This document shows, in pieces, positions 39,656 to 52,059 of a stretch of 64,000 nt of DNA; position 1 is the first letter of the stretch; each line of letters opens with the position of its first letter. The notes beneath the pieces are model-generated. The model ran no database searches. It was not told the origin of the DNA and saw only the letters and a program-made list of their open reading frames with translations. Made by a program: the position numbers and the translations under genes. The stretch is from Haliotis rufescens (lineage: Eukaryota), in contig NW_025964223.1 of the NCBI RefSeq assembly GCF_023055435.1, positions 28,210,001 through 28,274,000 on the forward strand, written 5' to 3'.

Positions 39656-40029
39656 TTGTCTGTATCAATGAAAATGGTGATCGCACCCGATATCGATATG
39701 GTTAATTGAGTTGTAACTGTCTATCTTTTAGAGCGTGTAACTCTGTCTCCAATTGACAGGTATGGGCTTTGTCAATGATTTTGTTATTATAAAACATTAA
39801 TCAGACGTATGACCAAATGTTATGTTTAATAACATAACATTTACACCACTTTATATGAAGCACAGTTACTTTTTTCGGTAAGTGTACATAGAGTATTGAG
39901 GTTGGACTTGAGGTTGTATAATATGTATGTTATTTCGTATTGAAGGATTATAGAGATGGTAGAAGCAATTGTGTGTACGTAGGCACAGGTCACACTATGT
40001 TCAGTTATGTGTATCCCAGTTACTTTAGG

Positions 40030-40247
40030 TCTTAAGCAACCCATGGTAGTTGTAAGAGGCGACGAAGGGGGTCGATCATGTGGACAGGCTCGATGACTTG
40101 GATGATGCATGTCATCGTATCCCAATTGTGTAGATCAATGTTCATTATGTCAACCGCTAGACTGTCTGGCACAGACCCGATCATTTACAGACCAACGTCA
40201 TATAGCTGAAATATTGCTGAGTGTGGTGTTAAGCAAAAAACAAACAA
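40030..40247 (+). mobile_element. SINE-like repeat family B
   Basis: AACCCATG..GTAAGAGGCGAC...GCTGAAATATTGCTGAGTGTGGTGTTAAGC. Confidence 0.75.
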
Positions 40248-40429
40248 TGTTTATATATATACAAGATGAAGTTGCTTGAGGCTAGATACCTGTCCGAATT
40301 TGCAACATTCCAATATCCAATCCAACAAGCACATATGCTATTCATGGTTCTTTGCATCAAATGCACACGCGGCTATTTTAACCATGCCTACCAGAACCGT
40401 GTCGATCTTGAACAATGCGTCAGAAAATA

Positions 40430-41540
40430 AACTAATGTCCAAAAGAAACGATACCACACATTTTTCTAAATATTTTATTATGAAGAGTTAATTTTCGTCT
40501 GAAAAGGTACTTTTGCGTATCCTACGTTCCAAACCAAACGTATTCTGTCGATAAAACCGGGAACATTTGATCAATTGAGAAAAAAGCGAGCAATTTGCCC
40601 AATTGACGTTCCGTCACGAAACACGAAATGCACGTGCATATCTTCTGTATAAAACTGCTGACCCGACACGTTGGGGTCACAGCAACAAAAAGCACTCAAA
40701 AGAAATACCACGTTTGACAGCGATTGAGAGAGAGAGAGAGTCGTAGGAATGCTCCAACAGGGAGCTACGCACCGCGACGTCGCTAGAAGGTTAGGAAGCG
40801 CGCGCATAACCGTCACCAGGTTAATGCAGCGGTTGCGTCAAACAGGTCGGACATCAGACAGGCCGAGAACCGGGAGACCACGGGTGACCACGCCTATTGA
40901 AGACCGCCACATCCGGGTACTTCACCTTCGGAACCGCTTCGTAACGGCGACGTTAACGGCACGGACGGCACTGGGACACGTGATAAGTCGACAAACCGTG
41001 TACAGGAGACTGCGGGCACATGGTATCCGAGCACGTCGCCCCTACCGCGGAGCGTTCCTGACACCTCAACACCGACTCAACAGACGGATATTGGCCAGGC
41101 GACTTCGACGGTGGCAACGGTGGAACTGGGCACGTGTCATGTTTTCTGACGAAAGCAGATTTTGCATCTTCAGGAACGAAGGCCGGCAGGGTGTGTACCG
41201 AAGAGTAGGTGAACGTTTGGCACCGAACTTGCATCCATCAAGTCAGGCCATATGGAGGCGGAGGTTTAATGGTTTGGGGTGGAATCTGCGGTGACGTCAA
41301 AACGAGACTCGTCGTTATTCGAGGAAACCTGAATACGCAGAGTTATCGTGATGACATCTTACAACCAGTTGTGGTGTCATTCATCCAACAACAGCCTAAT
41401 GGTATCATTTTCCAGCACGATAATGCGAGGCCTCACACGGCAAGGCTGACCCAGAACTTCCTAGCAAACGCCAACATTCACGTTTTACCATGGCCGGCAT
41501 GTTCACCGGACATGAACCCAATCGAACACATGTGGGACTC
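40430..41540 (+). mobile_element. Tc1 element, 3'-truncated, frameshifted transposase
   Basis: PRLT..GMLQQG..DRPRTGRPRVTT..VMFSDESRF..GGGGLMVWGGI..FQHDNARPH..SPDMNPIEHMWD; left TIR-like ACTAATGTCCAAAAGAAACG. Confidence 0.92.
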
Positions 41541-43297
41541 ACAGACGATGACATATGTAGTTTTTGTAACAAAGAACCAGAACCAATCATACATCTATTT
41601 ATCTACTATCCACATGTACAAAAGTTCTGGACTGACCTGGACACACCATGATTAATCATATATTCATGTCGGCAAAGAGATATACCTATATATCTAGTAT
41701 AAAAGCACACATTCCATGTCTTGGACCATTTACAACATCTTGAACAGTATACTAAGGATTGAAAAATAAATAATAATAACATTTCCAATTTTTAACAATG
41801 AGTGGCGAGAACTGATGAACAGACTATAATGTTTGAGTATATATCTCGTATAAAACAACGCCCCTTTATGCTGTATCATTAAATATATAGCAATATATCC
41901 GCAATATTAAATGCTGGTTACAATGTTCAGTATCACATGTCATGCATTATCTGTATACGTAAAATAATGCTGGAATGAATAGAAAGAAGTTGTGAAGCAA
42001 ATCTTGTAAAATCGTCCCTGAGTTAACCAATTCACAAAAAAAAGTATTCAATAGTTTTACACGTGCATGTTAACGGATGTTCCCGGCATGTCAGGTAGCG
42101 CCTGATCGGAACAGGAAAAACCTCCATAAGTTTAAAGCATGAAGCCCTTGCACAACTGTGGGAGACTTTCATTTCAAAGGACGCGGGACAGCATATCGGG
42201 TTCCGTGTTCAAATCTGCTGTAATATCACAAAGTCAAAATATTTCAGACAGTTTAATTAATGTCCTCACATGATAACCATTTGTTGAAAAGGTCACAGAT
42301 TCGATTTATCACTCAACACCAGTTTCACAACGCGTTCACTACAGCATACTGCATGGTTTCTCATTGGTGCCTGGGGTTTGTCATCATCGTTTTTAAATGG
42401 GTCAGGGGAGCAACCTTCCAACGTTCGCAGAAATCAAACAGATGAGATGAGATATTAACGAAACAGTAATATTGATCATATATCAAATAACAAATCAAGG
42501 ACATTTACGGTCGTTTTATATTGAGTCCATGGGAGGTTCGATCCCATACTTGTTATATTGGGTTTTGGAGAATGACATTTTGTTCAAATGCTTGTTTGTT
42601 TATTCTATGTTATGATCAACCAACGAGAGCACCAAGTAGTTTGGTCCAGTTTTTTTCATCCACTCTTTAGACTAAACAGCCTGGTAGCAACGATTGCCCT
42701 CATGGAATGATTGGTGAAGTGACACGGCCGGTCTCTTTAAAAAGACCGCATTTTTTCTCAATACAATTGTCTGGTCGGCATACCAGACCTCTTGTTTTAG
42801 ATATTTCAAAGTCCTAAGGTAGAAAGACTATACATTTGCATTATTTGGGTTTGAAACAAATAGTTTGTATGTGATTTACTAAAGTGGACATTTTCAATTC
42901 TACAGAACAGGTTCCAAACTCAAACTAGCAATGCGTTCCTAATCCCCTTTAATGAACCTGCATTATATAAACTACCAAGTGACCACGTGAGCTTTTTGTG
43001 CACGTGGTTCCACTGATTACAGATACCAAGTCATAAAATAATTGAACGATGTATAAGAAAGATGCACTACATATAGAAATAGAAAGTCTCACCAGATGAG
43101 CTAAATATGATAGGGTAAGTTACATATTATTCATAACACTAGATCTCTTTATGAGAAGTGCAGGTGTTGAAATTAAAAACAGTCGTATAATGAATTGGAA
43201 TTTCTATGCAGGGTACCAGGAGAGCTAAATTTGAACATTTAATCACTAATGATGATATGCAACATTAGATCTTCCCATGGGCGATGCACATAATATA

Positions 43298-44787
43298 TAC
43301 TCACACGCAAAAGAAACGCAAGTGGTTTTAAGCAAATAGGTAACAAACACGGAACCATAAATTGATACGAGTTTTAGCATGTAGTGAAGCCTGATGGTGT
43401 TATCAATATAAAACATAAAAAACGAATCGCCAAAACGCACCATTTCGATGAATATGTGGGTATCATGCACCCAATTCTCGGGAAATCGAAAATGAACGAA
43501 CTGTCACGAACTGTAGTGGGTATAAAACTGTGGCCGATTCTTGGACCTACCACTCCTTGGTCAACAATGCCACGCCAAACTCAAATTCAGAGAAACCAGG
43601 CTATCGGACGTTTGGAAGCTGGAGAGTCTGTCCAAGATGTTGCCCGTCATTTTAGCGTTAACATAACCACAATTTACCGTCTCCTGCATCGATACAATGC
43701 TACACAGATCACAGATGACCTTCCCTGGAGCGGTCGTCCTAGGGTCACCACACCTCGACAAGATCGGCAGATTACCCGTCAACACCAGCGACATCCGTTC
43801 TCGACAGACCATAGGAACACATAATCGACACATTAGCAGGGACACTGTGATCCGACGTCTCCGTTCCAACAACCTCAGATGTCGCCGACCAGCACGTCGT
43901 CCTGTTCTCCAACCACGGCATCGACAAGCACGACTTCAGTGGGCACAGGGTCATCACAATTGGCGTCATCGTGAATGGAGGCGTGTAATCTTCTCTGATG
44001 AAAATCGCTTGTGTGTCTCCCATGCAGACAGAAGAGTCAGAATTTAGCGGCGTCGAGGTGTTCGTTTTGCTGACAGAAACGTTGTGGAAAGGAATCCATG
44101 GGGTGGGCCTAGCGTCGTGATATGGGTAGGGATTGGATTTAATGCGAGACTTGGACCCATGTGCATTCTGAATGTTGGTCAAGGTCGGGGACACGGCGTC
44201 ACTGCTCAGCGGTATATCGACCAAGTGATCAGACCCCACGTTGTTCCATTTTTTGCACAACATCAACAACACATTTTCCAGCAGGACAACTCTCGTCCCC
44301 ATGTTGCCAGAGCTACCATGGCCTTTCTGCAACAACACAACATCCGTGTTCAACCGTGGCCAGCCCTCAGCCCTGATCTGAACCCGATCGAACACTGGTG
44401 GGATGAAGTTCAAAGGCGTCTGCACAATGTGCGCCCAGTCTCTACAACTGCCGATGAACTACGCACAGCTGCTCTGGATGTGTGCAGGAGGCTCCCTAGG
44501 GCCTTCACAAATCGTCTGATCCACTCAATGTACAGGAGATGTGTGGCAGTGAACAATGCCAATGGTGGTCACACCAGGTATTGACTGACATTTTTGGTAT
44601 TGACCCAAAACTGTGTAAGCCCTTAATATTTGACAAAAACAATAATGTCATCTGCCTTTTAATCCATTTAACTGTCTTCAGTCATTTTTTTGTCATTCTT
44701 GCCCTATTAGTATTTCTTGTCTTTTCTGTTGAAAATAAATAACATGTATACTGCATACTCGACTTGCGTTTCTTTTGCGTGTGAGTA
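43298..44787 (+). mobile_element. Tc1 (DD34E) transposon, full length, near-intact
   Basis: Perfect 26-bp TIRs TACTCACACGCAAAAGAAACGCAAGT with TA on both sides. Confidence 0.97.
43567..44584 (+). pseudogene. Tc1 transposase pseudogene
   Basis: MPRQTQIQRNQAIGRLEAG...GRPR...FSDE...QQDN-x34-E...GGHTRY*. One frameshifting deletion near 43805 and a TAG at 44045-44047. Confidence 0.92.
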
Positions 44788-45282
44788 TATTTGAAAGAAA
44801 ACCAGTTATCTTCCGGAGACGCCTTTTTTTGCATATAACTGTGCAAGATATCCCTGACATCAGCCCATGGCATAAAACAACGTATGTCATACCTTACATA
44901 TCTTTGCCAATTAGGCTAAGCAAACGGAATGTAACACCAGGTGACGTCATTTGGCATTTCGGTAAAAGAGATTCGCAGACTTTAAGTAACACGACACCGT
45001 TTTCATATGTATATTCGAAAAGATTAAAAAAGAGAGTTTTATGATCATTAGAATTCGTCTATATGCGGACGAAACCCGTTTTAATGTCCCCGCAAAAACT
45101 TTGATGTGGGCGATGAAATGAGAAGATTCTTGCTTGGGTACGTTAACGACTTGTAGCTCTTAGGATTTGAAGCTAAATAATAACTTCCGGTTGAGAATGT
45201 ATCTTTAAAAAAAAGGTAATGGTCAAAGATTTTTGGAACGATAACTCGTGTGGAGTTATGCAATTGATAATGAAGTAATAGA

Positions 45283-45916
45283 CGATGACAAGAATACATA
45301 TCAGCTGGGGACCATCATTGAATCAATACTCACATGGGAAGCAAATACAGAATGTATATATAAAGAGGTCAACATGGGTTGTATTTCTTTCGTCGTTTAA
45401 GACATTTTCAATTGACTGTACCATCATGTCAGTGTTTTATAAAACATTGATATTAAGTATGTTGACATTTAACTTCAGAAGATTTTTCAGAAACCAGTCT
45501 GTTCGCAGCAAATTAAAATCAAAATTTGTAACTCGGAGAATAAAACATCATTGACATTAATCTCCAGGACATCGGCAGAGTCAGCAAATAGTTTATAAAG
45601 CAAATACAATTTTACGCGATGTCTGGCATGTTTTAAATTCGGAGTATCAACTTCTTCCTTCTGGCCACCGACTACGATTGTCGATGCTGAGATCAAACAA
45701 AGAGTTAATTCATACCCGTGAGAACCAGGTTTCATAATAAGTTTTGTCATAAATAATTGCTGAGCATTTATTCGCCACATTTAATGTGAATTAGGTTTGG
45801 GATGCTCTTATTTATTTGTATTTGTGTTTATCAATAAGCTGAGATCTTGTGATGATAGAACCCAATTTTCTTTCGGGATAATAAAGTGTTATAATATCTT
45901 ATCTTTATCTTATCTT
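45283..45916 (+). mobile_element. Rex1/Babar-like LINE 3' end
   Basis: LGTII..LTWEANTECIY, LYFFRRLR, IMSVFYKTLILSMLTFNF and PSGHRLR; terminus CAATTTTCTTTCGGGATAATAAAGT followed by a (TATCT)n tail. Confidence 0.75.
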
Positions 45917-46194
45917 AAATGTAGTTTCAAAATATAACAAAGATTTGTATTGTCCAACATTATTAGAATTACACACTGATGACATGTAATCACCGTCATT
46001 TCCGTATTATGATTTTTGTAAATACTGACTAATTCTCGTTTCATTTCGCCAAAAAAGTGAAACTTCAATTTCACAAAAAGTACTACCTTCTTTTTTAAAT
46101 TTTAAGTCATTTTATGTGTATCCAAAGTATCAAAAACTGGATTGCTGAGCTTCCAGTTGACGGTGACGTCATTCTTTATATGTAACATCACCAC

Positions 46195-47060
46195 TTCCGT
46201 AAAATAGTAGATACTATGTGTACATTCTCTCAATCATAACATTTCCTTTAGATTTGTATGACACATCTGTCTGGTTGTTGCACATTCGTTCGAATAATGA
46301 CAGACTTTCTCGCAGGTTTCCTGTCCTTTATCCCCCCTCTGTTAGTCTTTCAGATGACCTCGGTGTATTTGAATTTGTTTTGGTGCCTTGCATCCTGCTG
46401 TGGACGCATCACAAGGAGGATGGAAATCTAATGACTGGAATCACTTTTGCTGTTAAATACGCACGAAGACCCAATAGTGTTGCATGTTCATTGATGTGTT
46501 GCGAAGTTCCTGGCGCACTGCAGCGAACTGGTGAAGTCAGTCCGATCCGAAGGTGATCACAAAAGATGAACACGTGTCGCTTGTGTCCCCTGCTGTGGCG
46601 GGAAAACCGTCGACGTCACAAATGTTCGGAATCGATGATGGAACGGATCAGAGGTTCCCGAGGCGGTAGTGCGACGTTTGAAACTGTCGAGTTAGGCGAC
46701 AGGGTACAAACAAGTTTTATCATCCAAAACTGGCTCCCTGAGTAGATATCGCTTGGATGAGTTCAAGCGATATTTATATTGTAGATATATCGCTGCAATG
46801 AAATTGCATCACAATGCTTTGCAGACCATTGTGACGCCATTGCTTACCGTGACGTCACGATCAAATGACATCACTAACTGCTGTTAGCAGTACTTTTTAC
46901 ACGTAAGACACTGCTTATTACTGTCTACAAACTGAAAAAAAGTTGGAAGAATAATGTTGGATGATAAATAATATCTCACCCGAGTGTTTTTGTATATCAA
47001 ATATCTCAACACTCGTTGATATATTTCATATCAAAAGACACTCGGGTGAGGTTCTCCTTG
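46195..47060. mobile_element. Possible Crypton-like element remnant with terminal hairpin
   Basis: Hairpin CTCACCCGAGTGT...ACACTCGGGTGAG (46975-47050), GTGACGTCAC motifs and a weak minus-strand peptide resemblance. Confidence 0.35.
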
Positions 47061-47429
47061 TCTAAATTATCACAGGAAATGTGGATGTATGCCAGTATAG
47101 GCGTTTTGAGAGACATGGTGCAATATCAAGTGGCATGCCGAAGAACGGGAGGTAGAATTAACAAAATCTAGGCAACCCATTTCGGGCATGTGCCCCATTC
47201 ACCTTCATTGGAATGGAAATCAGTTGTAGGTGCAACAACAGGAACTGCCCTGGAGAAACCTCCTACACAGAACCCCTACCAATCCCAACAACCACATCGT
47301 TAAACTTTGCGGCATGGGAGATCCTATAGTCACAGGTCGATATAGATAGGCAGAATATTTAAGGTGGATACAAGAGGGGTTTACATTTGTGAACATGGAT
47401 GCGCATGCTGAATCTAAGGTGGAGTGTGT

Positions 47430-48240
47430 ATACACCTAGTAATCATTTAAGCAACACCAAGTTCAAATTGACACAGAATGCTAATTTCTGAAAATGTTGT
47501 TTTCCCCACACCATACCATTGCTAATACCACTGTCTATGCGTTTGATGTTGAACACACTGCACGTTATGCACACAATACATAAAAAAAATGTCTAAAAAC
47601 ATGTGTCTGTCGTGAACAGGTACCAATATCTCAACACAGGCTGCATGCTCATTATGAAACATGTTCATGGCACGTCGAAGAATGTCTGAAGCGTTAAGAT
47701 TATTGGAATGAAAACTTCTGGAATGTCTTGTTAGGAAATTGTTCAATTCAAGATAATTTTAGAAATACTGAATAACACATGAAGTTAAAGACAGGCCACG
47801 CTTAGACCAGCCTTTGAATACATCCAGGAGAGAAGTTGCAGTATTAGTAGGGCTCGTTAGACGATGTCCATTTGACAACAGCCAGGTGTTAAAGGCACAG
47901 TGGCTACCAGGAAGAGCAACTGAAACCAGGACCGTCAGAAATCGTCTGAAAACAGCTGGATACAGGTTCATTCAAACATCCCTTGATAACTCTCAACTGT
48001 AATATTGCATCATGGCGGAGAGCCCATTTTTCTGTTACACATGGAAGACGGCCGTACGCGTGTCTGGAGGCAGGCAAAGACAGCCATGGCTGCACACAAT
48101 ATTCAGGAGTGCCTTCCATTTGGTGGGGGGTCGGTAATGATATGGGCACGTGTTTCATTCAACAGTAAACTTGGCTTGATCACTGTGCGGGGTAATCTGA
48201 ATGGACCTCCATATCAACATGAACTCCTGGAGACGGCAAG
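47430..48240 (+). mobile_element. Decayed Tc1, 3'-truncated
   Basis: RTVRNRLKTAG and DGRTRVWRQ..PFGGGSVMIW..GNLNG motifs. Confidence 0.75.
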
Positions 48241-48247
48241 AAGTATT

Positions 48248-48870
48248 CAAGGTAATAACGTCATCTCAGAGGCAAAGCCAAAGGCGGTTCGCCCTCCAGG
48301 GACTACCACAATATCGAGGAGGCTAGACAGACTTATCGATAATGCGAGCGAGCTAAACCTTTCCAGCACGGCATTAATAGTTACATGGAGGAGTGCGACA
48401 CTACATACATGGTCCTTCGGCATGCAGTAAAAATCATAAAGGAAGGTAGCATTCTCGCCAAAGTAGATTTGAAGCATGCCCACTGCCTTTTGAGCATCAT
48501 AGAGTCTCAACGTTCGCTCGTCACGCCGAGGACCCGCCTTCGAATCCTGACATGGGTACAATGTGTGAAGCCCATTTCTGGTGTCCCCCGCCGTGATATT
48601 TCTGGAATATTGCTTAAAGCGGCGTAAAACCATACTCACTCACTCACACATAGAGTCTCAAAACATGTCAACGTTTCACAAGAGGCTGTGTGTGGGATTA
48701 TTAACTCAAAGTATGGTGTAACAGTAATTGCCTGTCTCGATGACTTTCTTATTATCAAGGATTCAGCTAAAGCATGTGAGCGGGCCGAAGTGTCATGATG
48801 GCTTGGAGATATCAACTGGAAAAATGTTGAGGGGTCATGTCAGAAACTGGTGTTCATGGGATTTTTCCTG
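48248..48870 (+). mobile_element. DIRS/Ngaro-type retrotransposon RT relic
   Basis: GNNVISEAKP...RLIDNAS...AVKIIKEGSILAKVDLKHA, then (after the SINE) IACLDDFLII and INWKNVEGSCQKLVFMG. Confidence 0.7.
48511..48648 (+). mobile_element. 5'-truncated SINE family C with 13-bp TSD
   Basis: CATAGAGTCTCAA at 48498-48510 and 48649-48661; the body matches 26136-26270. Confidence 0.92.
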
Positions 48871-48943
48871 GTGTTATTTGTCGGCATACTCCGCCCAGGC
48901 AACGTTTTGTGCGTGACTTACAAAACAGGGATTTGAATTAGAA

Positions 48944-49109
48944 GATCAATACTATGTGTGTGTCTATTTCCGGGATTTTATCGAGTATTTGCATCTTGGA
49001 AATTCATCTCGAAAACCCGAAAGCGTTAGCTTTAGGGGCTCGAATGAAAATTTCTAAGATGCAAATACTCGATAAAATCCCGGAAATAGACACACACATA
49101 GTATTTATC
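48944..49109. repeat. Long inverted repeat (50-bp perfect arm), probably the head of a Crypton-like element extending to ~50050
   Basis: 48948-48997 is the exact reverse complement of 49056-49105; the loop contains CCCGAAAGCGTTAGCTTTAGGGG. Confidence 0.9.
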
Positions 49110-50053
49110 GATATTGTAAACCTATTGTTTTATTTAGAAAAAAAACATGCGCACTCTTTAACACCTGGTACTTTCTCGGTTGTGAGGCTTCAACATCGAA
49201 CGTTCTGTTGTTGCTATGGTGATTGTGATTTTGGTAATTAACGTACACCGGTAATGAGACGCAAATACCATCACGTATATTTCAGCTGCGATACCCACAT
49301 CCTTGAATTCCTCATACATTTTAGAATCAAATGCCAAATGGTCTTTGTCACCAATTCAAATTGTCTGGATGTAATGAAGCAAAATAAATGAGGTGTGAAA
49401 ACGAACGCTGAAAAAACTGCACTTGTTTGAAATGTAAACAAAGCCATTCGTCTATTCGTTGAGTACATTGGCTCTGCATTTTCAGAATATACACGGGAAG
49501 AGAATCGTAGGAAGAATTAAGGAATTAAACATAAATACATTGCAATGATTTGATATTTTCAACAGAACTTGTCGAACTTCCCGTCCTGTGTGACGCCATG
49601 ACTGACGCAAAATCACGCACAACGAAAACGGTATTTATCAGAATTTCTGACTATTTCCGTTGGTTTCAATGAAAAATACAACAACAAAAAACAGTACACA
49701 GATTGTCAGAATGTTTCTGATTACTTACATGTCACATTTATGTATATACGAACCCTGAATCAACGAAAGTCCCCTCGTAAAATCCCGCGCACTGTTGACA
49801 GTCAACACGCCATTTTGCAAAATTCGGTCACCGGTAGTGATGTCAAACTTCAACATATTTGTTGTACCTATTTGGTAATTTCTCTGCGGTGAAGGTCATT
49901 GAATGAAAGTACACACGATCATTGTTTACTGCTTTTTACTGTTTTATGATGTAGATCTTGCATATCTTTTGTACATTTTTTCACACAATTAATTTCACTT
50001 TGGATATTAATGTTCAATATGATATCATACGTAGATATAGGCCACAACATATA

Positions 50054-50706
50054 TACTGAACAGCATTGAAAAGTTTAACGCACCAGCAATAAATCTTGAA
50101 ATATTACAAAAACTACTTGGGCAATGACCGATTTTAATTAGAACAGACATAGACGGATTATTAAGAAAGACGACAAAGGAAACAGGAATACCACACAGTA
50201 ATTACATTTACGTCATCAGTGTAAGGAAGAAACATAGGGTTAAAATGAAAAGTCAATATCTGGTATGTCCGCCATTGACAACAACACAGGCCATGCAACG
50301 TCTTCTCATTGATCGATTAAGTCTGCAAATAGTGTTCTGGGGGATAGCATTCCACTCTTGACGTAGTGTATCTCCAAGTTCTCTCAGGTTCTGTACTTGC
50401 GGACGACGTGAGAGGCGTTGACCCAGGTAATCCCATAGATGTTCAACTGCCGATAGATCGGGTGACAGGGCTGGCCATGGAAGCAGAGGCGCATTATTGT
50501 TCGCTAGGTACTGTGTTGAAGCACGTGCTGTGTGCGCTCTTGCAATATCTTGCTGGAAGGTGTGCATTTCCTGGTGCTGATGAAAGAATGGGATGACGTG
50601 ATTTGCCAATATGTTATTCCTGTAGTAAAGGGCATTTACTCTTCCACGACAAACATGGAGCTCTGTTCGAAGGTTATGACTGATGCCGCCCCACACACCA
50701 TGACAC

Positions 50707-50741
<35 letters not shown>

Positions 50742-50905
50742 ACACACCCCCATCGATCTGTCTGTACAACGCAGTCATCGTGGTAACGTTCTCCACGTCG
50801 ACGCCACACTCGCAGTCGACCGTCAGCATTCCGTAAATGAAAACGGGACTCATCAGAGAACAGCACACCATGCCACTGCCGCAATCTCCAATGACGATGC
50901 CTTTC
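50054..50905 (-). mobile_element. Tc1 3' half
   Basis: TA|TACTGAACAGCA terminus; VLFSDESRF, GGG(poly-G)SVMV, FQQDIARAH, SPDLSAVE and NGGHTRY*. Confidence 0.92.
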
Positions 50906-51281
50906 GGTATGACTTAAAAAGCTATAAGCAACATTATCTTGAAATGAAGGAGGCCATTAGAGAGATCATGTTTACTGATCATACTGATCATTTTATTATC
51001 GTGTTTGTTTCCATTGTTAGTAATCGTTCAACAAGTATTCTCTGTTGAAACTTTAGATGCACATTCAGCATAACATAACGTCAGGAAAAAACGTTAGATA
51101 TTTCGAAGTGGAATGAAATACTAGAGGAGTTTGAAAAGCGTTAACACTTACATAACTTATATATGTACATAATACTTAGATTTGATGCAAGGAGGGCAAA
51201 TAGAGTCCAGAAATAAACATCATGTGTCATTCAAAAAGGATTGCTTGAAGTGAAATGAGATGTGAATCACAGTAGTAAATA

Positions 51282-51598
51282 TACTAACTGAAAAAAGTTA
51301 CTGTGCTTCATGTCAAGTGATGTCAATTTTATGTTACTGAACATAACAACATAAATAATACTTGGTCAATCGTCTTATCACTGTGTTATCAAAACAAATG
51401 TTGATCGAGTGTGTTCACCATTTGCGTCAATAAAGGAGAGGTTGTCGCGGTGCTTTGAAGACTCCAGATGATTGAAAAGGGCTGCCTGGGAGATGGTGTT
51501 ACAAATGTTCCAATGTGTTTTGAACGATGCATTATTCAATTTCAGAATACATATTTTTTTATTTTATCTATGTGAAGCACTTGCTTTTTCCGTTAATA
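51282..51598 (-). mobile_element. Internally deleted Tc1 relic
   Basis: Imperfect TIRs (TACTAACTGAAAAAAGTTACTGTGCTTC / GAAGCACTTGCTTTTTCCGTTAATA); C-terminal IDANGEHTR remnant. Confidence 0.6.
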
Positions 51599-52059
51599 TA
51601 CCTGCCTGCCATATCAGAAATTGTACATTGAATATAACGTGTAAGCTTCCTTGATGTCCGATTTCCTTTTGATTAAATTGACGGATCGATTTATTTCATT
51701 GCCATTGGAGAGTTATGTCTTCGTTTGCCTACTACACGAAAATGTAAATTTGCCTGATTCGCATTCGTTTGTACTTCCCATGTAAATAACCTTGATCAAG
51801 AGGTTATCAAGCTAGGGTGTCCCGGCCAAGCAGTCTATTTATAAAAGAAATTTCAATTGTAACATAATCCTTGTATCGATGTCATATGTATTTGTCATAG
51901 ATGCAAACAACCGGTATCAGTTTGGAAAAACGCAGAAGCAATGATTATCGTTACGTGTGTCAATGATGTCATTTAAGCAAATAGTGTTATTGGCCCGACT
52001 GATAAACCTACCTTAACTTATAATCTTAATTTTAATTCCAAGCATATCAAAGTATCCTG

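Noticed and set aside
43772-44425. 217-aa antisense ORF
   Set aside because: It is a shadow frame of the Tc1 transposase with no independent evidence.
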